64,000 nt of DNA from positions 34,472,001 to 34,536,000 of the forward strand of contig NC_043003.1 in assembly GCF_006345805.1 (NCBI RefSeq), written 5' to 3'. This stretch comes from Octopus sinensis. Lineage: Eukaryota. The notes beneath the pieces are model-generated. The model ran no database searches. It had not been told where the DNA came from and saw only the letters and a list, made by a program, of their open reading frames with translations. Positions 1-13,451 of this stretch are shown here, in pieces (the stretch's first letter is position 1; each line of letters starts with the position of its first letter). The position numbers and the translations under genes were made by a program.

Positions 1-719
1 GACATGGTGCGAAACAATAACAAAAACAACAGTATAGTAAGGCATTTTCGTATTCATTTATGAATGAAAGACAATAGGCTGTAAATTTAGAGACATATTT
101 GTAAATGAATGAGACCGGGTTAAAATATTTTTTACGACAGAAACAATTGACAGCATTATTTTACTTCATTAGTTTTCCGGACATTAATTATTATATGAAA
201 CGGTTGAGGTATATCTCCAAAATAACATAATGCCTGTTGGTGATATTATAAAATGTGAGATCACAAATATTCGTTGGTATTAAAATACTCACAACGGTTG
301 GAGTTTTTTTTTTTTAAAGGTAACTAGAGATATATATTAAGTAAAAAAAAAAACTATAACTGAAAAAGAATAAAAGCGTTACGAAGATTATATAAATATA
401 CAAACAAAAATCAATATCAAAAATAATTGGAATGGTTTGTGTTCCAGTAACTAGAAGGATATTTTATGAGATGTCGTAAAGTACGTCAAATGAAACACGA
501 TCACCTGTTTATCATTAAAGAAAATACCACCATCACAAACATCATCATCATTATCGTCGTCATTATCATCATCAACAGCAATAGTATCAACAAAGAAAAT
601 TCAACACGGTTGCACTTATCAATTTTGATTTACATCTTTGCAATAGTAAGCAAAGGAGACATCGTGGTGTGCATGCCTTTCTGGAAATAGTAGAAACCTA
701 ACTCAAAGCGAAATATATA

Positions 720-905
720 TTGCTGTTTATCGCCAGGTTTAACTGATTGATTAGACTAATGATCAAAGTCTTTCAATCCCGTATTTTCTCTCCAGGTATT
801 GTATATCTAGGACTATATCATCCAACGTGTCATTCCATTTTGTAGGACTCTAGGAAATGATTTGCGAGGGATTTAACTGCATGCTATTTCTAACAGGTTG
901 AGTGA
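720..905. repeat. Old interspersed repeat (family E); related fragments near 7650, 13740, 20530, 21320, 30410, 39490, 56180, 57520 and 63925
   Basis: Recurring degenerate motif 'gtgatttgagggagatttggctgctatttctagcaggtcgaatgacca' or its reverse complement, and 'gttgtttagcc..ctgatc..agacctatgatcaaagg'. Confidence 0.5.
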
Positions 906-1118
906 ACACGATAATGTACCTTTGTATTGGTTGGCGAAATATACGTTTAATTTCTTCATACTAGTTTATCATCAGAATGATCAAGCCAGAATAAACCATT
1001 CTAATTTTTTAGTCCATTATCAGCTGAAGATCAAAGACGTTCAAATCGCAATCAACAATTTTCTTTCCCTTTTCTTTCAAGAGTGAGAGGGGAATAGATA
1101 GAGATAGATAGAATATAT

Positions 1119-1158
<40 letters not shown>

Positions 1159-1464
1159 TATATATAGAAGATAGATAGATAGATAGATAGATATAGATAG
1201 AGATAGATAGATAGATAGATAGATAGAGATAGATAGAGATAGATAGATAGATAGATAGAGAGAGAGGGGGGTGTGCTCTTTCATATTAAGACAGAACGGT
1301 CTTATTTGTTTGCTGTTTTCTCTTAGGTCAAGAAACCACGTATACAGCCCATGAATAAACCATGTACTTCGTTAATAGAACCGTCTAGTATTAATCAATC
1401 GTCTTCACAATTTTTGGGACTTGTATTATCATTATTGTTGTTATTATTATTATTATTATTATTA

Positions 1465-1518
<54 letters not shown>

Positions 1519-1519
<1 letters not shown>

Positions 1520-1920
1520 TGTGGTTTCCTTTCATTATAACTTTATTTCAGCTACCTTAGGACCAGGCTCCTCCGACGGCCAAGAGTAGCAAGGGCACTT
1601 TTGTTTTGCTACGCATGCTAAAATTATCACCACATTTAGTTCATTTTAGATGGAGAGTGCATTCCGTAGTATATGGGCTGTACTCATCAAAGTTATCTTT
1701 TGTACTTCACGGATATTGGGGTTACCAGGGAATTGCATAATATACTTCTCAGCTCCCTTCTTTATCATTCTCAACGCACCAATTACTACTGGCATTATCG
1801 TTGTACTAGTTTTACACACTTTTGTGATTTCAATTTGCAGGTTTTATAGTGGGAAAGCTTTTCGTATTCCTTTCTTGAGACATTTTGATCTTGTGGGACA
1901 GGTATATCTATTAACAGATA
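1519..1920 (-). mobile_element. 5'-truncated R4/Dong-clade non-LTR retrotransposon (C-terminal restriction-like endonuclease plus 3' UTR) inserted in (TAA)n
   Basis: The minus strand reads YLLIDIPVPQDQNVSRKEYEKLSHYK/(frameshift)LQIEITKVCKTSTTIMPVVIGALRMIKKGAEKYIMQFPGNPNIREVQKITLMSTAHILRNALSI* (stop at 1648-1646). This fits the R4/Dong RLE tail pattern IDIxVPxDxN..KExEK..KY..L..EI...PVVIGALG..QK..L..TAHILR. (TAA)n lies on both sides (1430-1518, 1921-1980). Confidence 0.88.
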
Positions 1921-1921
1921 A

Positions 1922-1980
<59 letters not shown>

Positions 1981-1984
1981 CATC

Positions 1985-2390
1985 ATGGCGGTGTATTGGT
2001 AAAACCATTAGTGAGTTAGAAAACGCCTTACGGTATTTGTTTTGAGTCCCAATCTCGTCAAAGACAACGAAGGCGCGGTGAATAAAATAAAGTACAAGTC
2101 AAGTACTGAAGTCAATGGTATTGACAAATCACCTCACTTCAAAACTGCTGGCCTTGTGTCTAAGTTGAAAACAATCATGAAGGCGTCGAGAGGGAAGAAT
2201 CGATAAGGCTTAGGAAAAACACTTTGTGGTATTTCTTCCTTCTCTTAACATTCTGAGTTCAAATACCGTTGAGGTCAAGTACATAGTTCACCACTCCAGG
2301 TTTATAAAGTACCAGTCAAGTACTGAGCTGTATGTTATCATATCAATTCCTTCCCTCAATAATTTTTGGTTTTGTGCCCAAATTAGAATA
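1985..2390 (+). mobile_element. Two old, diverged copies of SINE family A
   Basis: Degenerate versions of 'ttctgagttcaaat..gaggtc..ataaaataagtaccagtcaagtactg..ctggccttgtgcc..aaattagaa'. Confidence 0.65.
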
Positions 2391-2408
2391 AATTATTATT
2401 ATTATTAT

Positions 2409-2964
2409 TGAGTGAGAGAGCAGTTCATGCCATCAAAGTGACACTGGGGTAAAATATACGAAGCCCAATATACCCATCATGAGTACCCGTCTGATAAAGG
2501 TACACCAGGCACATGCATCACAACCATATGTGCGCGACATGGTGATCTCATATTAAGATAAACAGCACATGACCTTGCAGGTGGGGCCCAGTTAGAATTT
2601 TATTCAGGTTGAGTAGCCCATCCCGCTCAAACGGTCCCTGAATAAGGGTTGTTTAAGGATGTTGAAAGAACCACCCATGTTTCCAGAGGTGAACTATTCA
2701 AACCCCAAAGAATCCCTCTCAACACATGGCTATGATGCTCCCCCACTACTTCTGCTCGTGATCAGAGATGCACATATCGTCAGCCACTAAGGGGCATGCT
2801 CAACTGGTTAAGGTCAAACCAACTGACAAGCAAATCTGTGGTATTGAGCAGAATATTTGCTGTAGCCCATCTTTTATACCAAGACAAAACAATGTACATG
2901 ATAACACTTCCAATCAGTTAAGATCAGAAGCCATGAGAACCACTGCCTGGTACTGCATCAGGGC

Positions 2965-2967
<3 letters not shown>
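2409..2967. mobile_element. Unclassified ~560 bp non-coding element embedded in (TAA)n
   Basis: Complex, more GC-rich block bounded sharply by (ATT)n on both sides (2391-2409, 2966-3025). No recognisable ORF. I recall it as an abundant octopus repeat, but it is single-copy in this window. Confidence 0.55.
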
Positions 2968-3008
<41 letters not shown>

Positions 3009-3049
3009 TATTATTATTATTATTATCATCATTATCATTATCATTATTG

Positions 3050-3770
3050 CTGTGGATTGGCTGATTGCCTTGTGGTATTTCTTCCGAACCTTTATATCCA
3101 GAGTTCAAATTGGAGTAAATTTTGCCTCTCATTCTTTCAGAGTCGATAAAATAAAGTACCAATCATATACTGGGGTTGATACATTGACTGAGATAATTCT
3201 CCCAAAGTGATGGCCTTGTACCAAAATTTGAAGCCAATATTAAGGTAATTAATTAATAGAATATTAGAGCGTCGAATAAAATGACATGCTATTTTTTGTG
3301 ATTGTTTAGGCTTTGATTTCATATCCGCCTGATGTCAACTTTATATCTCTTCCCCTCCTGGACAGGCACAATATTGTATCAGCACTGGTTCGATGTAATC
3401 GACTAAAATCATTTCTTAAAATTGCTGGTCTTTTGCCTAAATCAGAAACGACTATCATTATTTGATTGGTGGAATTATTACAGTGTTATACAAAATACCT
3501 TCCGAAATGTCTTTTGCTGCTTTACATTCTATGTTGAAATTCCGCCAAAATCTGCTTTGGATTTTATTCTCCTAGGATCTATAAATTAAAGGGGTCATTC
3601 AAGAACCTGGTCGATGTTATAGATTGTTTCTCTTATTCCAAATTTCTGGTCTTGTTAGAAATTTTTATTATAGGTTTTTTATGTGTGTGTCGTAAAATTT
3701 CATCCTTCTGATATTGATAAAATACAGTAGCAGTCAAGTACTAAAGTGTTATTATGAATCGACTATCATA
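3050..3770 (+). mobile_element. Cluster of old diverged SINE family A copies
   Basis: Repeated degenerate 'gagttcaaat..tttgcctctcattctttcagagtcgataaaataaagtaccaa..ggccttgtaccaaaatttgaa' motifs. Confidence 0.6.
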
Positions 3771-4027
3771 AAAAAGGGGTTGGGGGAGGTAATCTAGTGC
3801 CTATTTCATAAATTTCAGTCATGTGTTCAATTTATTGTAGTGTACGCAACTTAGCAGCAACTATAATGTTAAATTAAGCTTACCTCCCCTTCCCATTGTC
3901 GCACCAATTAAATATGACAGGCCTTATTAAAATATAAACAAACAAAACTTAATAAAGGGCAGAATTAGGACAAACATAACCCCACCGCCACAACCACAAA
4001 AAATACGAAACAAAAAGAGAGAAAGAG

Positions 4028-4069
<42 letters not shown>

Positions 4070-6659
4070 ATATCAGAGTATCCTGAGCAAAGAGCAGTTT
4101 AGTTTCTTCAAAAGAAGCATATAAAATATTCATAAGAGAGCGGGGGTGAATGGAACAAAGACAAATATATAAAAAAATATAGAAAAAGCAATTTCATCGA
4201 TTTTCTCATGTGCTAATTTCATAATGCAAATTTCCTACGCATTTAGACATATACACACATACGGTGTGTGTGTGTGGGGCGCGTGTGTGCGCGTGCGTGT
4301 GTGTGTGTGTGTGCGTGTGTTTGTGTATGTGTGTGGTGTGTGTGTGTGCGTGTGTTTGTGTATGTGTGTGTGTGTGTGTGTGCGCGTGCGCGTGAGTGTA
4401 TTTATATGGTATCAAGGTACAAAGACATCCGGTAGAAACGTTAACACGTTGGACAAATTGCTTTCTCTGGTTTATTTTTCTCTCTTTTTTTTTTTTAAAT
4501 TTTCATTCTGGCTCTTTGCATTATAAGTTCAAATCCTGCAGAGATCAACTTTGCCATTTGTTCATTCAGTGACGATATGATAAAGCACGAGCCAAATATT
4601 GGCGCCTATTCCTCATCTCTCTCTCAGAATCGATTGCAGTGCACTCTGAGAAGGAGTGAGCAGTAGGGAATTTAAGAGCAACCCTTTTTCTCCGTGACAA
4701 CCACGTCCACTCTAACACAAAGTAACAACATAGTCATTGAGTGAGACCCTGGTGGAGTATGGTACAGAAGGATGATGATGGTGATGATGAAGATTTTAAA
4801 ATTACATGTACACATACAACATATACATACATGTGTGTGTGTGTGTGGTGTGTGTGTGTGTGTACACTTATCTTAGGTTGTGCTAACTGTTTAACACACA
4901 TAGGCTTTGATAAGCAAGAAATGTGTTCACTATTGTAATATATTAACGTACTTTACACATCTCTCTCTCCTTCACAATCCATCTCCCCATTTTCTATATC
5001 TCTGAACTTAAATCTAATTTATGTAAATCAAACAAAATCTGGTATAGATACATTAAATTTTGCATGCCTCATTTGATCTATCATAAATATTATGTACAAG
5101 CTTAATCTGTGATTGCCTAGTAGCCACTCCAAGAGGTGAGTTTGTGCTCATTATCATGAAACAGAATTTATGCAACAACCTTTAAGAACCCGCACCTTGA
5201 GCATTGAGGCATATATATTTCGTTACATACTCTATAATCCAATCTTTCATCCGTGAACTAAACTTTCCGTTAACAGCAACAGTCGCGAGAAAATCCATCT
5301 ATATTCATGAGTTCTTACCAAACATTAATTGACACTCATACAAGGTGTGTATTAATTATACTAATGTCCATCCAAGCATTCTATTCTTCAAATCTTAGGA
5401 AGTCTCATAGAGCCTATTAGCTCAAATTGCGTTCACAACTAACACTACCATTGCATGCATACCTGTAAAGGTGAATTTCCTCATTCTGTAAACTCCCTGT
5501 GTATCTGCGTAATTTTATCAAATATTAACCTGAATACAAAAGATCTCGAATGGAAAGGTTAAGCTCGCGCATCTGTGGTAGAACTGATAGTACTAACAAG
5601 CATTCCCACAAGTGCAAGTACAAACAGATGCACGAACATATAATGGCTTGTGATCAGAATGCGTTTATGTAATTTTCCTTTATACTATACAAACATCAAC
5701 AGTTCCAAACATCGCACTCCACCAATGCAAATGAGATTTCCAATGGAATATAAGCTCTGTCTATTCTCCGGTAAGATAAAAGAAAATAATCAAGCATACA
5801 TCATCTCCGATTATATACCTGTATAAAAACAAATTGACGGAAATGTATATACGTTTATTTTTATTTTTTTATATTACAGCTCCCTGTTTTATTTATAAAC
5901 GGGGGAACAAAACCAGTGTGCATTACATTTGTCACTCTCCCATAATAAGGGAGACCGATTTGTTTCCAGGAATAGTCAACGAATTAGTAATACAAAAAGT
6001 TGTTCTTCTCCACTGCAGTTAAAAATAAAGAAAATACAACACCAAGAGGCAAAGTAAAACGAAAAAGAGAGAAAAATATAATTGAGAAAAAAGAAAACAA
6101 AGTAAAATTAGAAATAGGGTTGTTCACCAATAGCCTTACCTTTAATGTTTTCCAACAGTTTTGGACTGTTGCACTCGTTCGGAGTAGGTGATGGGGTCCT
6201 TTCGGTGCTCATCTCACTCTCACCACTTGATAAACTTTCCTGTAATAGAGAGGAAGTGAATTTGATGTGACTTGCGAAAGAGAGAGGGGCATAGGGATAT
6301 TATTTAGAGTAACGTTTCCAGTGTTCTCAGTTTATTTCAAGATACTACCGACAGTCTTAAAATGTGACTAAAATTTCGGATTTACAATGCTCGCCCTTAG
6401 TAAAGCGACGTCGTACGTTGATAAATATGAAAGCAAAAAACTTAACCAGTTTTTATATATTAATATGACTTGGAGGCAATGTTATAGAAAATAAGATGAA
6501 GAACAGACATTTATTTTGTGAGATCCGTTTCCTTTCATATTGCCACACCCCCGAGGTGTAACATAATGCACATCGTCAAAAGCAAATCAGACAAATGCGT
6601 CTCTAACTAGCATCAGTATACGATAGGGTTTCCGAAACACAAACACACACACACACACA

Positions 6660-6692
<33 letters not shown>

Positions 6693-6728
6693 CACACACA
6701 CACACACATACACACACACACTCACAAA

Positions 6729-6890
6729 CACAAATAGACATGCCTATATAATCAGTAATAGAAACAGAAATTTGTGAGCCCATAAGCACACATATGCCCT
6801 CTTTCGCACACACACACACCCAAAACACACATAGACATACCTACACAATGAGTAATACAAACAGAAAGTTGTGAGCACATAAGTGCACAC
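6729..6890 (+). repeat. Diverged tandem duplication (~97 bp period) between (CA)n tracts
   Basis: 'atagacatgcctatataatcagtaatagaaacagaaatttgtgagcccataag' recurs as 'atagacatacctacacaatgagtaatacaaacagaaagttgtgagcacataag'. Confidence 0.8.
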
Positions 6891-7122
6891 ACACACACAC
6901 ACGCACACACAAATTTATAGATGTGGTTACATACTTACCTATATGTATGCCTTTGTGTGTGTGTGTATATGTAGGCATATGCAAATATGTATGCATTTAT
7001 GATTATATAATGCAATCAGATATAAACAAAAACACAGATACCTACAAACATTCACACAAACGTCAATAAACGCACACGCACATTTACACACATAAGCGCG
7101 GGCACATACCTACACACATATG

Positions 7123-7160
<38 letters not shown>

Positions 7161-7390
7161 AGTACGCGTGCTCGTGCACATACGCAATTCACATACACAC
7201 CTGTGAGTATGAATTGAAACGTAGCAGAAAACAGTTCCTAAGGCGCAATGGTTGGATTATCATCCCAAAATAGACAGCGAGAATAGAGTATTGAACATAT
7301 TTCTTTTCTTTATGAAAAAAAAAAAAAAAATTACACCCACATACGGAAACGTAGAGATAATAAGCATTAAGACATAGATACAAATATGTA

Positions 7391-7432
<42 letters not shown>

Positions 7433-7454
7433 GTGTGTGTATATACAGATATTC

Positions 7455-7486
<32 letters not shown>

Positions 7487-7498
7487 GAATATCTGTAT

Positions 7499-7529
<31 letters not shown>

Positions 7530-8139
7530 ATATGCATGAACTTGTTTAAGAAACAAAAGATTACTCTCGTGAAACATCATATGGAGAGGAAAAAAATTGA
7601 GTAATTCCCTGGGGATTTAACATGTAAAGTTGACAGATGCCTTTTAACTAAAATGGTTTGATCTATCAGAATAGCAGCAAAAATATTCCGATTCTCTTTG
7701 ACCATGTAGAGCAGCGACTTATGTAAAAGATTACAAGCTTATTTCGTAGCGTAACTCAGGAATATTACCCGAAGATGAGAAGAGAGAATACTGATCGAAA
7801 TGTCGTATCAACATCAATAAAGAAAATATAGTCAAAACAACAAAGAAAGAAAGAAAGGAAACAATGCTGATATGTTAAATTATCATTAATTAGGACATTA
7901 CTGATGTAAGACAAACTGCTTCAGCTGTATTTTAAAACAGTGTTATAAACCCAGTTTGCACGCAGAATTCTTAGCGTATTTATAATATTCTATTTTTGTC
8001 AAAATCATATATTTTGTGAATCTCCAAGATTTTTTGTAGCCTCCAGATATCTTTGTAATTTTTGTTTTCTTTTTATAGTTTAGAAATGGCTCAGTAGCCC
8101 ATCACCACTCCAGTACTTCTATCACTAGCATCACAGTAA

Positions 8140-9168
8140 CGGCTTTGCGGTTTCATCACTGCCACATTTTCCCTCCACCAAAGAACTCTTTCTCTTTCAT
8201 ATTAACCAGCGACAAGCGTGATGGTCTTCTGTTGTCAATAAGAAACTCAAGAGTTTCTCAATGATCCTGATACTAAAGGGCTAATTCTAGTGCTCAGAGC
8301 AGGGCAGACGACGTCAAAGATAACAAAAGGACAGGAGGTGATATTAAATCTACTCCCTAAAAACAATCTACAGTCCCTCTGACAGACTCCCAGCAACACA
8401 ATTCGTTTCACAGAGCTTGCAATAGATCCGATATGTACCCAAGGTTCTGTAGCGTAGGATCGAATGCAGAACTACATGGTTACAATGCAAACTTCTTAAC
8501 CACAAAACCATGCCGTTATATATATTTCTTTACTACCCACAAGGGGCTAAACATAGAGGGGACAAGCAAGGACAAACAAACGGATTAAGTCGATTATATC
8601 GACCCCAGTGCGTAACTGGTACTTAATTTATCGACCCCGAAATGATGAAAGGCAAAGTCGACCTCGGCGGAATTTGAACTCACAACGTAACGTCAGACGA
8701 ATTACGGCTACGCATTTCACCCGGCGTGCTAACGTTTCTGCCAGCTCGCCGCCTTCCATGCCTTTATATATTGAGTCTGTGCTAACTAATCGAGACAGAA
8801 TCAACAACAAAAGATCAGAATAAGATTAAGTAAAAGAAAACAACATCAACAGCAGCACTAGCATAAAGAGGTTTTTTTTTTTTTGGAAATCCTGAAATGA
8901 AATATATAAAAAAAAATACTAAAATCGATAGAAAAGACTGAGGACAACAAACGAAAGCACAAAATCCTCAACACATACACACCACCACCACTACCACTAC
9001 CACTACCACAACTTCAACTACCAGCATTACAGCCAGCAGCAGCAGCAGCAAACAACAACAGCAGAAGTAGCAACTTCGCCGTTTCATCGCCACCACACTT
9101 TTCCTTTCGCCAAAGAACTGTTTCATATTGCCAAGCTACAAGCGAGGTCTTCTGTTATCAATAAGAAG
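8140..9168 (+). repeat. Diverged ~105 bp direct duplication (8140-8246 and 9072-9168)
   Basis: 'gtttcatcactgccacattttccctccaccaaagaact..tttcatatt..acaagcg..ggtcttctgttgtcaataagaa' vs 'gtttcatcgccaccacacttttcctttcgccaaagaactgtttcatatt..acaagcgaggtcttctgttatcaataagaa'. Confidence 0.75.
8523..8755 (-). mobile_element. Young full-length tRNA-derived SINE, family A (central domain resembles the Meta-SINE core)
   Basis: Minus strand reads aaggcggcgagctggcagaaacgttagc..gagttcaaattcc (B box)..gtcgactttgcctttcatc..ggggtcgataaattaagtaccag..gtgggtagtaaagaaata. Near-identical to copies at 20109, 29762, 33039, 36023 and 59838. Confidence 0.92.
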
Positions 9169-9368
9169 AGTACCCTTGAAAATAAACCAGCAGTAGTGTC
9201 TTGTGACATTATAGGAACAATGTTTTGTCTCTCCGTTTCTGTTACTATTTCTGTCTGTCTGTCTCCCCCTACCTTTTCTCCTTTACCTCTCTTCTATCCT
9301 TTTCTCTCCCTCCTGTTTATTTAAGCACCTACAAAACATAACGACCAGCCTAACAATATTGGTATATA

Positions 9369-9415
<47 letters not shown>

Positions 9416-9462
9416 GTCTTTCTGTGCTATATACAGGTGTGTGTGCATGTGTATGTGTGTGC

Positions 9463-9506
<44 letters not shown>

Positions 9507-9859
9507 TCATACATACAAGCATATATACATAATTCTATATTTATATGGTACATAGATATATGTAAATATATATGACACAATGCGTCTTATATATATATAT
9601 ATATATATCTTTATCCCCGTCTGTCTTGATAGACAATATATATATATATATATATACATACTATATACACACATATATATATACAATATATATATGCCTA
9701 TATAAGTATAATATATATTATATATTATTATATATATATATATATATAATATATAATATATATATATAGAATATATATATATATATATACATATATATAC
9801 TTACTATTTACAACACACACACACACACCCACACACACACATATATATATATATATATA

Positions 9860-9906
<47 letters not shown>

Positions 9907-9959
9907 GAATATATATATATTGTGCCTGTATGCACACACACATACACACACATCTTTCT

Positions 9960-10460
9960 AACTATTTATCATCGCTCTCTTTCCTCTCTCCCCGAATTTC
10001 TTTTTCATCACACATCCTCTTTGTTTCCTATTACACTTCCCGCCATCTTCCTTCTCGTTTTTACTAAATATTGTCCTATGCGTTATACTTTCTCTCTTTT
10101 TTCTTTTCTTTCTTTCTTCGTCTTTTCTTTCTTTCTTCTTTCTTTCTTTCTTTTCTTCTTCTTCTTTCTTCGTTTCTTTTTTATTTTTTCTTCTGTCTCT
10201 TTCTCTATCTTCTTCTTCTTTCGTCTGCTTCTTTCTTTCTTTTTTTTTTTTTTTTTTTCTTTTTTTTTTCTTTTTCTTTTTTTTTTCTTTCTTCTTTCTT
10301 TCTCGCTGTCTGTCTCTCTCTTTCTCTTGCATGTTTGCTACATAATTCTTATCCCCCTTTCCTCTAAAATACTGCCTCTTTCTTCATCTTACCCTGTCTA
10401 AGTTCAACTCTGTTTCTTCCTCTCCTCCCTTTCTCTCCTTCTCTCCTTTCCTCCTTCACA
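9960..10460 (+). repeat. ~500 bp polypyrimidine/polypurine low-complexity tract
   Basis: Almost exclusively T and C on the + strand; this produces the spurious Phe/Leu- and Lys/Glu-rich ORFs. Confidence 0.9.
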
Positions 10461-11297
10461 ATACAAACCTTACAGAATAACGAAAAGAGGGTGAGCAAGT
10501 AGAAAGAAATGGAGGTGGGGTATAGACACTTGTTGAATGTCTTCGATTGAAGTATGATATTATAGTCGCTCCAGAATCGACGTCTATATAGTACATCACT
10601 CTCTCCAACCACCATTCCACCCCTGGCTGTCCGCCCGTGCGATCGAATAAGAGAAGAGTATTGTGTGTCGTGTATTGTATATTATGCCATATAGATTGTC
10701 TATTCAGAGGTCATTGAAAACAACAGTTTGTCTCCACTCGCTAACGTAGAAGACTCTTCATTGTATATGCATACACACTCACACACACACACACATACAC
10801 ACACATAAACACACACACACGCACTCCGACACTGACACACATACGCGAAAAGCACACCATAGAAACGCGTATGCATATACGCACATACAGGCATACATAT
10901 ATACAAAGACACACGTGTAAGTTTTTGTATGTGTGTGTATACACATATTTTATTCTACAGGCAACTTTTGCAATTTATATCCAAGTATAGGACACGCACA
11001 GCTCTTATACACACAAGCACACACGCAAATATATAAACACGTAAGATAAATATACACACAAACACACACACACACATATATATATATACAGATAAATATA
11101 TCTATATACATTTATGTGTAAATATATATGTATGTATATATGTATATATATACATATACTGTATATATGTATGTGTATAAATACACACAAACACACACAT
11201 ATATATATATATACACATATATACATATATATATATATACACATATAAATATATTTATATACATATATGTGTATATATATCTCTGTATATATAAGTC

Positions 11298-11328
<31 letters not shown>

Positions 11329-11404
11329 ATGTGTGTGTGTATAAATACACATACACAAACATATATATATATATAGAGAGAGAGAGAGTTGCTTTTTATA
11401 TACG

Positions 11405-11438
<34 letters not shown>

Positions 11439-12149
11439 TATATGTGTACATATGTATGTGTGTGTGTGTGTAATTTTCTGATTTCACTCATTGGGCCACG
11501 GCCACGATGTGTCACCCGTCTGAAAGGTTTTCAGTCGATTGTATCGAATCAAATACGCCGTCACTTATTTCATTGCTTTTCGTTAGAAACGAGATACAAA
11601 GTTGACCTCGGTTTAAGGGGAAGATGACACAGTAGGAAATTAATACTATCTCTGCGAAATTACGACTTACATAGATACATAAATACAGGCAGTCAAACAG
11701 AGTTAGAATGGGTTTTTGCACTGTCTACCGTAGCTGAATTACAAGGTCAATCAGCAACTGTGGTACATAACAGATCTCCAATGTGTCTTAAGCCTTAGTT
11801 TCTGATAATGAGTACAAGTCTGGAGCGAACATCATCACACAGACTTTTCATCCTAAATATACATATATATGCATAAATGCGCACACATATGCACACACGG
11901 ACAAACATGTGCTTACACACACGCGCGCAAACGCATACATATTAGTGTGTATGTAGTTAGTTAGGTAAGTAGGTAGATAGGTATGGAGTTAGAAGGAAGG
12001 GAGGAAGGAAGGAAAGAAGAAAGGAAGGAAACAAAGAAGAATAGAAGGCGATTAGAAAGAAGTGCAGGAAGGAATCGTTAATGTATATTATATATAACAC
12101 ACATATATATATGTATGTATGTGCGTGTATGTACTTGTATGTATGTATG

Positions 12150-12230
<81 letters not shown>

Positions 12231-12944
12231 TATCTGTTGTATTATGTATAATATATATGTGTGTGTGTATTTTGTATATATATATATATATATATATGTG
12301 GCTGCTCGTTGGTAGTTAATTCAATGATGAACACTTAGAGGTAAACTTTCGTTGTAAGTGTTTCATCAATCAAGTATAAAAGTTTCCGCTTTTCTACACA
12401 TTTGTCTCTTCTGAGAAGTCTATATTGAACTCCTGGATTTGCTAAATTACTATATACGGAAGCAACAGGGCATTGTTTTATACAATACCCTATGAGAACA
12501 TTTAGGATGTTCTCAATATGAACATCCTAAATGTAATGGAGAATGTGCTAAAGATAAGACATTCTTTCTCGTATAGACTTATGACACACGCCCAAAGAAT
12601 AAATCGTAATTTATTGCGCACATTTGATGAAAAATATCTCGCTAAGACTAAGTATATTGAATCTCATGAAACGACTTTGTGTCTTACTATGGAATATCCG
12701 TCTGTCTTTATACAGATAGACACACAGATACAGACACACATACACACACATATATATCGTAATTTTTTATATATATTATATATCCTAATCTTTGCCTTAG
12801 GGAGAAACACTCATAAAGAGTGTGAAAACGAAAGCTCAAATATAAATATTCCATTTCTAGAAAACACATCTTAACATTCGGCCAAAAGACAGTTTGCAAT
12901 TGTACATTAGTCGTCCAATGTGTGACAAATAATTAAAGAAACAC

Positions 12945-13417
12945 TAATTATCTACATCCAAAAACGGCAATCATATGTCAAATGCTTCTTAACAAAGGCG
13001 AGATTCACATCGGAGAAAGAAATAATGTACATAAAGTGTGGGGAGCATCATTATAGAGCATGTGAAGTAATCGAAACGAGCAGCTGATTCAAGAACGGGA
13101 AGGAATTGAAGATGAATACAAACATAAATTACAAACCAAAAAAAAAAAAGTCATCTGCATCACGTATCCAAAGTGTAATGAGAATTATATAGGAGAAACT
13201 CGATCGTAATTACCCAGCCGTGTGAGAGTTCAAAAACAGCAAATAAAAGATTCATCTATTTAAAATGTTCCATGTAGAGGAAATCTAGATATTTATGCAA
13301 ATGGAGAATTCAAAATATTTCCTTTTTCCGAAGTTAAATAAGAAAATGATCGACTACAAAACATAAAAAGCAGAATAATTTATAAGAATACTAAATCCGA
13401 AATTAAACCGGAAGTAG
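12945..13417 (+). pseudogene. Penelope-like element remnant: linker plus GIY-YIG endonuclease, disrupted
   Basis: Translates YIQKRQSYVKCFLTKARFTSEKEIMYIKCGEHHYRACEV..*FKNGKELKMNTNINYK/VICITYPKCNENYIGETRS*LPSRVRVQKQQIKD..*NVPCRGNLDIYANGEFKIFPF../IRILNPKLN. YIGET is at 13186-13200, followed by the conserved R and a terminal PxLN. Several stops and frameshifts. Confidence 0.85.
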
Positions 13418-13451
13418 CCGACATCATTACTGAAAACAACAGCCGATCTGC

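Noticed and set aside
1650-2045. 131 aa plus-strand ORF MESAFRSIWAV..
   Set aside because: It is the antisense shadow of the Dong/R4 endonuclease fragment plus (TTA)n.
9922-10401. 159 aa hydrophobic ORF and antisense Lys/Glu-rich ORF
   Set aside because: Artefacts of a polypyrimidine tract.
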